Positions 1-8,782 of a stretch of DNA of 64,000 bases are shown one piece after another. Numbering within the stretch: position 1 is the stretch's first letter; the number at the start of each line of letters is the position of its first letter. The stretch lies in contig NW_003314276.1 in NCBI RefSeq assembly GCF_000143415.4, positions 2,541,072-2,605,071 on the forward strand, written 5' to 3'. The stretch is from Selaginella moellendorffii. Taxonomy: Eukaryota > Plantae > Lycopodiophyta. Below the pieces are notes generated by a model. The model was given only the letters and a program-made list of their open reading frames with translations, was not told the DNA's origin and ran no database searches. Both the position numbers and the translations under genes were made by a program.

Positions 1-120
1 CTTGTTCCATTTCTCCACAATCTGAATCAACACCAGTCTAAGGCCTCTTCTTTGTTTTCACTAGCTTTTTCTCTTTGTCTTTAGCATTTTCCAGTCTTGA
101 TCTTGTTGGGGGTCTTGACA
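1..120 (+). repeat. 3' part of the 5' LTR of B1
   Basis: Ends TCTTGACA; near-identical to the end of LTR 12468-12854. Confidence 0.95.
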
Positions 121-122
121 GT

Positions 123-138
123 TTGATTCAGATTGTGG
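123..138 (+). promoter_or_regulatory. Self-priming primer-binding site of B1
   Basis: TTGATTCAGATTGTGG is the exact reverse complement of LTR positions 15-30 (CCACAATCTGAATCAA). There is no TGG-type tRNA PBS. Confidence 0.85.
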
Positions 139-208
139 TTTTTGCTTTTCTTTTAGCTCACTTTGATTATTTGATTGCCTTTGTCTTTTTTCCCCTTTCT
201 TTTCTTTC

Positions 209-1356
209 TGTAAGCCACAAATTTTTCCTTTCCACTTTGCCAGCTTACCTCGCCTATCCGTCCAACACTACCTTGGCTTTTGCTAAGTTCCCTCGCCAAG
301 GTTCTCGCCTATGGTACCAGCTCCTACTTGGTTTCAGCTATTCACTGCACGAGCAACGGAGTGTTAGCCATCCTTCCATGGATTCCCAAATCACTCCCAA
401 TCCCCCTCCCCGGGTTAGACTGGACTTAAGGTTCGGCTACACTCCCCGCAAGCACAAGCAGCCAAGCACACCAAGCTTCCAGGTTCCTAACATCCCTTGG
501 TACCACAAGACTTGATCACGGGACCCTCTAAATCCCAAGTCTTGAGTGCAACGCTTGCTTCGGGACGCCGGGGCGAAACACCGTGGCCTAGCGGCCCGGT
601 ATGGGTACCTCTCGCCCCCCACTTCCATCCCGAAGGAAGGCCCAAGCCCCTAGGAAGGGCGAGGACCAATGAGCCGCATGGTACTCAAGTGGGGCACCAC
701 TCCACATGAGCCGGGAGCACCGCAATCGGTTTCCCTTTCGGGAGTGGGAGCTGCTCTTGAGCACTTCCTTGGATGGCCCCTCCGGCACCAGCCAAGTCCA
801 TGCTCACTCCCACCCAAGGCCCCTCGGTCCCAGTCCCAACCTCAAGTCGGTTTGGAAGCCCAACTGGAGAGTCCCTTCAAAACTGGTTCCTGGACCTCAC
901 TATCCCTACTATACTTTTGGAACCCCCTGCAGCCCCCCCCCCCTGGGAGACGCACGCTTTGGGCTTTCACCCCTTGACCCGTATTAGTATTTGGACTTAG
1001 TCTCTGGCTCGATCTCAGACCCGATTTCGGATCCGACTTCGGATTCGGGTTCGGACTCGATCACGGACTCGATCTCGGACCCGATCTCGGACCCGACCTC
1101 AGACTCGACCTCGGACTCGGTCTTGGACCCGATCTCGGATCTTGGACTCCGTCTCGAACTCGGTCTCGAACTCGGACTCGAACTCGGTCCCCGAGTCGGT
1201 CTCGGACTCGATTCCGGACTCTATCTCGAACTCGGTCCTAGAGTCGGTCTTGGACTCGATCCTCGACTTGGTCCCATCCGATGAACTCTTTGTCATTTTG
1301 GTCAAGCTTTTGGGGATCCTTTAGCCTACGACATCTCGGGGAGTCGGTTCCTTACA
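209..1356 (-). repeat. 3' LTR of A1
   Basis: Direct repeat of 6592-7739 (offset 6383). Confidence 0.97.
1005..1275. repeat. Degenerate 6/12-nt tandem array (GACTCG/GATCTCG/GACCCG) in U3 of the A LTR
   Basis: Visible periodicity; also at 7388-7658 and in decayed LTRs near 18815-19000, 52470-52590, 53475-53680 and 59360-59590. Confidence 0.9.
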
Positions 1357-1759
1357 ACTCCACCACCCATAGAAGAAGTTCGATGCCCACATCGAACGTT
1401 TCGTTTTATCCTACGACTTGTTGTCCATGTCTCCGGGGGCATCCCCCCACTTAGCGGTGTGCCTAAGTTAGCCTCCCCGGCCAAGAGCCCATGACAACGG
1501 AATATAGGTGTCCCTATACTCCTCACCTCACCACGCCCTAGTATAGGGTCGGGACTTGAACCCAGCCTTGCTTTACTAGGGGGTTGGGACTCGAACCCAA
1601 CCTCCGTAGAATACGTCTACGGATTCGACATCCCCACAGGGAGTCGGGCGTAGTGCCCTACGCCTGGTCGACCTATCCAACCCATGCTAATTAGCTTACC
1701 TTTGGCGCGCCTTCGGGTCCCAACATATGCCACTTGCTCAACTTTGCAAATTGATATTT
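1357..1759 (-). other. Hairpin-rich 3' UTR of family A with two tRNA T-arm-like stem-loops and an atypical PPT (ATGGGTGGTGGAGT)
   Basis: Inverted repeats at 1378-1397, 1512-1548, 1551-1563, 1582-1602, 1603-1623 and 1647-1664. Confidence 0.7.
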
Positions 1760-2141
1760 TTAATTGAATTTTGCATAAGTACATAAAGTTCTGCCTTGCA
1801 GAAATTCCTCCACTAGATCTCGAGCGTTCGCTAGGTTCTCCTCCGGTTCCCATGTTGCTTCGCAGTGTGGAAATCCTTTCCACTTCACATGGAACTCTCT
1901 CACCTCGCGTCCTTGTCGCTTGCTCTTGCGCGCATTGAGGATGGCCTCGACTTCGTATTCCTCTTCCCCTTGGATAACCTCAGGTAAAGGTCTCACTTGG
2001 TCCTTGCGAAGCGGATCCTCAAAGTACGGCTTGAGTAAGTTCATGTGGAACACTGGGTGCATCTTCCCCATCTCTCGAGGAAGTCGGAGTCGGTAAGCCA
2101 CTTTACCGATTCGTGCCTCAATTTCATAAGGCCCCGCGAAC

Positions 2142-2193
2142 CTGCTTAAGGAACTCAAGATCAATTCATTTACAGGAATACATGCATCTTTAC
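2142..2193 (-). other. Putative 52-nt GT-AG intron 2 in integrase
   Basis: AG|GTAAAG...TTCCTTAAGCAG|G; removal gives KLTQR-FAGPYEI; same 52-nt insert at 50698-50749. Confidence 0.85.
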
Positions 2194-2611
2194 CTTTGGG
2201 TCAACTTTTGGCTGATCCAGCTTGGTAGTCTGAGGTTCTTGGTGTTCAGCCACACCTTCTCCCCAGCTTGGAACTCCACATCCCGATGCTTTTGGTTCGC
2301 GTACTTAGTTTGCCTTTGTTGAGCCCGTTCCAAGGAATCCCTCACTAGATTCCAAATGTTGAGTCTTTCCGCCGTGAATGCCTCCACTGCGGGTAACTCT
2401 CCATGATACTCGGCCACGCCGAGTTCCACAGGACCTTCAATAGCTCGCCCATTGATGACTTCCCATGGACTCACCCCGATGCTTGAGTGTGGTGAGTTGT
2501 TATAACACATTTCCGCAAGTCCCAAATGACTTACCCAGTCGGTCTGGTCTCCCGAGACATAGCATCGCAAATAATCCTCCAGCTGCCTATTCACCCTTTC
2601 CGTTTGTCCGT

Positions 2612-2658
2612 CTGTCAAGAAGTGTTAGTGCCATCAATCTTGACTGAATACCCATTAC
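2612..2658 (-). other. Putative 47-nt GT-AG intron 1 in integrase core
   Basis: AG|GTAATG...CACTAAC..TTCTTGACAG|AC; removal gives STAYHPQT-DGQTERVN with exact 35-residue D-E spacing; same 47-nt insert at 50233-50279 and 58653-58699. Confidence 0.88.
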
Positions 2659-5600
2659 CTGTCTGTGGGTGATAGGCTGTGCTGAATTTCAATTTGGTGC
2701 GATACTGTTCTAGGAGTGTCCTCCAGAACCTACTAGTGAAGATCTTATCTCGATCTGAGATAATCTCTTCCGGCCTTCCCCGCACTCGAACCACTTGTTC
2801 GAAGAACAGCTTCGCCACACCTTCCGCATCCACGTCCGTTGTGGTGGGTATGAAATGTGCCATCTTTGAAAATCGGTCCACCACCACGAATATCGCATCG
2901 AACCCCTCGCTTGGGGGTAGTCCCGTGATGAAGTCCATCGTAAGACATTTCCACGGGCGATCTGGAATTGGGATGCTTTGCAACAAGCCCCCACTAGCCT
3001 TAGTCACGGCTTTGACCTGCTGACATGTTGGACATGTCTTTACATAGTCTTGGACGTCCTTAGCCATATCTGGCCAATGGTACTTCCTCTTGAGTAAACC
3101 CATCGTCTTGGGCACTCCGCCGTGTCCCGCAAGAGGTCCGTCATGACACTCTTCTAAGGCCACCTTCCTTAGTTCCCCTTCTGGAACATACACCCTCGTT
3201 TGCTTGTAATAAATGAGTCCGTTGCGTTCCGCATAGCCCGTTTTCTCTTCCGTTGGCAGCTCACCTCTCTGGTGAGCTTCCCGCGCCTCTAGATTCCTCA
3301 GCAACACTTCTTGTGCTAGACCATCGTTCTCATATGCTGTCCGCACATCGTCCCAGAAGGTTGCTGTTGCGCTGGATATTGCCAACTTCAAGCTCGCTTT
3401 TCGACTTAGCGCATCCGCCACGATGTTGCTCTTCCCAGGCTTGTACAGAATTTCGCAATCAAACTCAGCCAAGGCATTGGCCCACCGACCTTGTTTCCCT
3501 CTTAGGTCGGGCTGTGACAAGAAGTGTTTCGTTGCCACATTGTCCGTGTAAACCTTGAAGTGTCTCCCAAGGTAGTGTCGCCACTCCTTGAGTGCCTTGA
3601 CCACCGCAAACAATTCCTTCTCATGGGCAGGCCACTTCCGTTGAGCCTTGTCCAGCTTCTTCGAGAAGAACGCTACCGGATGGTTGTCTTGCTTCAGAAC
3701 TGTGCCTAACGCAAAGTCCGAAGCATCCGTTTCTACCTCAAAGTCCTTACCAAAGTCTGGCAATGCCAACACGGGAGCCTTCCTCAACTTCCCTTTGAGG
3801 TGGACGAATGCCGCCTTGCATTCTGCTGTCCATACCATCTTCCCTTTTCCTGTTTGGTCCGTTAAGGGCAGGGCTACTCTCGAATAGTGTCTGATAAACT
3901 TTCGATAGTAGTTGCATAGCCCCAGGAACGCCCTCAACTCATGTACATTCGATGGTCGCTCCCATTCCTGGATCGCTTGGACCTTCTCCGGGTCCACCTT
4001 GAGCCCGTCCTGGCCCACCACATGCCCGAGAAACTTTACCTCTTGTTGAGCAAAGTCACATTTGCTCTCTTTAGCATACAGCTTGTGTTCCCTTAGTTTC
4101 TCAAACACCTTCGCCAAGTGTTCGGCATGCTCTTCTAGCGTCTCGCTATAGATCAGGATGTCGTCGATATAGACGACCACGAAGTGATCCAGATAGGGTA
4201 CAAAGACGTGGTTCATTAGCGCCGAAAACGTTGCCGGCACATTACATAGCCCGAAGGGCATCACCAGAAACTCAAAGCTCCCATACCTCGTTCGACAGGT
4301 TGTCTTCTCGACATCTTCCTCGGCTACCCTGATCTAGTAGTATCCTGACCTTAGGTCAATCCTCGAGAAGTATTTTGCCTTTCCCAACCTATCGAACAGG
4401 TCCTCAATCCTTGGCAAAGGGTACTTGTTCTTCTTTGTATATTTGTTGAGCAATCGGTAGTCTATGCACATGCGTATAGATCCATCTTTCTTTTTCACAA
4501 ATAACACCGGTGCCCCATACGGCGACTTGCTCAACCTAACATACCCTTTGTCCGCCAACTCCTCTAGTTGGCACTTGAGCTCCTTGAGTTCTTTTTCGTT
4601 CAAACGATAAGGGGGACGAACCACTGCCTCAGCACCCTCGACCAGCTCAATCTTATGTTCTATTGGTCGTGCTGGGGGTAGCCCCGCCGGTAGCTCCTCC
4701 GGCATGGTATCCTGGAATTGGTCCAACACCCGCTGGATCACTAAAGGCACTTCTTCCGTTCTTGTCTTTTTGTCACTCTTCACCGAGAGTAAGCACAAAA
4801 AGGCTGCCTTAGTTCCTTTAGTGAGTTGTCCTCTCGTGGACACCAGGTTTAAGCAGGATTCTTTGGCCTTGCTTTGCCCTACCTTTAGATCCTGGGCTTC
4901 CACCCTAGATCTTCTTCCTTGGGCATTCGCCAGTACCACAAGGTTCCTACCTTGTCCATGTAGGGCTACCACGAACCGATTGAACCAATCCATTCCGAAG
5001 ATCACGTCAAATCCCGCCATGTCCAACACGGTGAAATCCATGTCTACCTTCCATGTCCCTACTTCGACTTTCGCTTGTCGAAGTACCTCATCGGTGCTTT
5101 GGCTACCTTGAACAAACTCTATAGTCCTTGGTTCGCCTAGCCGCTGCACCGTTAGTCCGGCTTGCCGGACTATGTCTGCAGCCACAAAATTATCCGAAGC
5201 ACCCGTGTCAATAAGGATCCTAACAAAGCTACCTCCGAGCTTCCCTCGGAGGGCTAGTAGATGTCGCGAACGACTCTCTACCAAAGTTGCTCGTGTAATG
5301 AGTAACTTTGAGTTAGGGACTGGATCACATACCTCATTTTGGACTTCGCCCGACTTGATGGCCATATTGGCTCTGGCCTTCTTCGGGTAGGGACATTCCC
5401 TCGAAAAGTGCCCCGCTTCACCGCAGTTATAGCATACGTTGTTTCCCACGGTGCTATATGACTTGACCTTCTTATCCGTGGGTTTGTCTCTTTTCGCTTG
5501 ACTCCCCCACATACTTGCTCGCTGGCCACCGGATTTGCCTTTCCGAAATCCCGAGGACTCATTCTTAGAGAAACTCTTCTTGAATTTCCCCTTGCTATAT

Positions 5601-6576
5601 GTTCCCCTCGGTTTGGCCCCTTTGTGAAACGTGGATCCCGACCCCATCGTGTTCCCCTTTCGCAGGTTATCGTTGAAATGCACCTTGATGGCCGCATCCA
5701 ACGCTTCCTTGTAGTTGGTCGGGTTCCAGCGCATCACCTCACCGCGAGCCCAGGTTTGCAAACCTGATATAAAGGCATGGAACGCATCCATATCCCCCAT
5801 GTCCGTGACAAGTATCCTCTTTGCCATGAACCCATTCACATATTCCTGGATGGTTCCAGTCTGCTTCAGCCTACTCAGCTCATCTCTCAGATGCAGAGTG
5901 GCATTCGGAGGAACGTATGTCGCGCGGATCCTTGCCTTCATCATGTCCCAGGTGGCCACCGGTCCTTCGTTGGCCTCCGTTGTTCTCCACCAAGACTTGG
6001 CATTATCTGCCAAGTATGGTTTTGCACATGGGACCTTCTCCGAGCTCGGTAACCGTAACGCTCGGAAGTAGTCCTCCATATCGTAAAACCAATCCTCCAC
6101 AACCTTATAGTCGTTCACTCCCTTGAACACCGGTGGGGGCTTTGGTTTGTACTTGGGAACTGCCTGAGGGACTGATTCCACTTCGGTCTGTTCGACCTTG
6201 TCTGGTTTTGCCTCAGTCCCTGCCGAAGGGTCCGCACCTTCTGCGCTGCCAGCATCCGCAGTCTTTCGCCTTTTCTTCCGCTTCTCGTCACGCTTTAGCT
6301 TGCGTACGAGAGTCTCCAGCAGGGCATTGGTCTGCGCCAATTGACCTTCTAGAACGTCCAATCGAGCCTTGGACGACCGAACCTCGCCACCGGACTCCTG
6401 TTTGGAAGTTTCCTCACTAGAGTCCTCCTCATGCAAGGATTCCTCATCCATAGCCTCTTGTTCGACCGGAGGCTCCAGCTCTGGCGGAGGTTCTGTCTCC
6501 GCCTGGGTTCGCTTACGCCCTGCCCTTGCCATCTCCCAGCAATCCGCCTCTATCCTTCGCTAGAACTGAGGAGAAG

Positions 6577-6588
6577 GCTCCGATACCA
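6577..6588 (-). promoter_or_regulatory. tRNA-iMet primer-binding site of A1
   Basis: TGGTATCGGAGC 3 nt inside the 5' LTR. Confidence 0.9.
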
Positions 6589-6591
6589 AAT

Positions 6592-7739
6592 TGTAAGCCA
6601 CAAATTTTTCCTTTCCACTTTGCCAGCTTACCTCGCCTATCCGTCCAACACTACCTTGGCTTTTGCTAAGTTCCCTCGCCAAGGTTCTCGCTTATGGTAC
6701 CAGCTCCTACTTGGTTTCAACTACTCACTGCACGAGCAACGGAGTGTTAGCCATCCTTCCATGGATTCCCAAATCACTCCCAATCCCCCTCCCCGGGTTA
6801 GACTGGACTTAAGGTTCGGCTACACTCCCCGCAAGCACAAGCAGCCAAGCACACCAAGCTTCCAGGTTCCTAACATCCCTTGGTACCACAAGACTTGATC
6901 ATGGGACCCTCTAAATCCCAAGTCTTGAGTGCAACACTTGCTTCGGGACGCCGGGGCGAAACACCGTGGCCTAGCGGCCCGGTATGGGTACCTCTCGCCC
7001 CCCACTTCCATCCCGAAGGAAGGCCCAAGCCCCTAGGAAGGGCGAGGACCAATGAGCCGCATGGTACTCAAGTGGGGCACCACTCCACATGAGCCGGGAG
7101 CCCCGCAATCGGTTTCCCTTTCGGGAGTGGGAGCTGCTCTTGAGCACTTCCTTGGATGGCCCCTCCGGCACCAGCCAAGTCCATGCTCACTCCCACCCAA
7201 GGCCCCTCGGTCCCAGTCCCAACCTCAAGTCGGTTTGGAAGCCCAACTGGAGAGTCCCTTCAAAACTGGTTCCTGGACCTCACTATCCCTACTATACTTT
7301 TGGAACCCCCTGCAGCCCCCCCCCCCTGGGAGACGCACGCTTTGGGCTTTCACCCCTTGACCCGTATTAGTATTTGGACTTAGTCTCTGGCTCGATCTCG
7401 GACCCGATTTCGGATCCGACTTCGGATTCGGGTTCGGACTCGATCACGGACTCGATCTCGGACCCGATCTCGGACCCGACCTCGGACTCGACCTCGGACT
7501 CGGTCTTGGACCCGATCTCGGATCTTGGACTCCGTCTCGAACTCGGTCTCGAACTCGGACTCGAACTCGGTCCCCGAGTCGGTCTCGGACTCGATTCCGG
7601 ACTCTATCTCGAACTCGGTCCTAGAGTCGGTCTTGGACTCGATCCTCGACTTGGTCCCATCCGATGAACTCTTTGTCATTTTGGTCAAGCTTTTGGGGAT
7701 CCTTTAGCCTACGACATCTCGGGGAGTCGGTTCGTTACA
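6592..7739 (-). repeat. 5' LTR of A1
   Basis: Adjacent to the PBS; direct repeat of 209-1356. Confidence 0.97.
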
Positions 7740-7753
7740 CTTTCTTCTTGCCA

Positions 7754-8725
7754 ATGGAGTCTCCAAGCCATCCTGATTTCTTTGCTGAAGTCCTTGCAAA
7801 AATCCAGTCTGAGAATACCGAGCTGAAGGCGACCCTTCTTCGCATGCAGCAGGAGCTTGCTTCACTTTCGGCTCAAGGATCCAGCAAAGTTCCTGAACCG
7901 AAGGTGAGCTTCCCGGCGAAATTTTCAGGCAAGCGTTCGGAGCTTCGCGGATTCCTGAACCAGATGGAGTTGATCTTCGCACTTCAACATCGGTGGTACC
8001 CTACTCCCGAGTCTCAAATTGGCGCGATTGGGACGTTGCTCGAACGTGCAGCTTTGTCATGGTTTTCTCCTCTTCTGGAGAAGAGCATGAAAGGGGTCGT
8101 GGTTCCAGAGCTGATGGATCTTCAATTGTTCAAAGAGAAGCTCGAAGCATGTTTTGGCGAGACGGATCGGGTTCGGGCTGCTACCACAAAGATGAGACGT
8201 CTCTCTTAGGGGTCTCGTCCTGCCTCGATCTACGCTGCAGAGTTCCAACTCCTTGCTTTGGACACTCAGTGGGATGAGCGGGCCTTGATTGACCAATTTC
8301 GTTTCGGCCTCAACAACGGTGTCAAGGATTTGTTGCTCACCATAGAGGATCCCAAGGACCTGTCGGATGCCATCAACAAAGCTGTTTGATGTGACAATCG
8401 TCTCTTTGAACGTCGTCAGGAAAGTTGCCGCGCCGCTGTTTTTCCGTCCCAGACTCAGGAATCCCAGCTTGAGTCTTCGGGGCATACTCCTGAACCTACT
8501 GCTCCGGTTCCAATGGATATTTCTGGTACTCCCCGACTCATTAGAGGGAAGTTGAGTCCTGTTGAGAAGCAACGTCGAATATCTCATAATCTTTGCCTCT
8601 ATTGTGCTGATCCTAATCACAAAGCAGCTGTATGTCCCAAGAAGCCTCCTCGACTGCTCAAGTTCACTCTGCCTCAAAGTCCACCTCTATTGCAGTCGGG
8701 AAACGACCCTGTCCAAACAGAGTAG
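7754..8725 (+). pseudogene. B1 gag (nonsense codons at 8207 and 8387)
   Basis: Retrotransposon gag motif PAKFSG..LRGFL; knuckle CLYCADPNHKAAVC; the stops are Q and R in copy B2. Confidence 0.9.
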
Positions 8726-8782
8726 GAGCTGTCTGTTTGGACTCCCGGAATAAAAATCACTTTTCTTCTTTATCAAGCTCCT
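8698..8782 (+). promoter_or_regulatory. -1 ribosomal frameshift signal: GGGAAAC plus H-type pseudoknot
   Basis: G GGA AAC in the gag frame with pol in the -1 frame; 6-nt spacer; stem 8711-8721/8732-8742; loop AGGAGCT pairs with 8776-8782. Confidence 0.88.

Larger units (their letters stand above)
1760..6532 (-). pseudogene. A1 gag-pol polyprotein, 3 exons (6532-2659, 2611-2194, 2141-1760), one in-frame TAG in RT at 4334-4336
   Basis: CCHC knuckle [14 protein letters not shown]; protease LIDTGA; RT YIDD; RNase H TDASD; HHCC; DD35E and GPY restored by splicing; chromodomain YEVEAIL..VKWKG..TWEP. Confidence 0.92.
209..7739 (-). mobile_element. Family A copy 1: young full-length chromodomain Ty3/Gypsy (Galadriel-like; lineage call tentative)
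   Basis: Two 1148-bp LTRs TGTAA..TTACA with about 9 differences; TSD CTTTC at 204-208 and 7740-7744; Met PBS; gag-PR-RT-RH-IN-CHD. Confidence 0.97.

Noticed and set aside
991-1324. S/D-rich and LELG-repeat ORFs (also 7374-7707, 18679-19002, 53469-53685)
   Set aside because: Translations of the hexamer array inside LTR U3; open in several frames because of low complexity
1545-1665. tRNA gene or SINE
   Set aside because: Only T-arm-like hairpins; no acceptor stem, D-arm or anticodon arm could be built
4264-4336. Third intron or frameshift between the 732-aa and 549-aa ORFs
   Set aside because: The gap reads in frame as canonical RT (IRVAEEDVEKTTCRTRYGSFEFLV); only a single CAG>TAG
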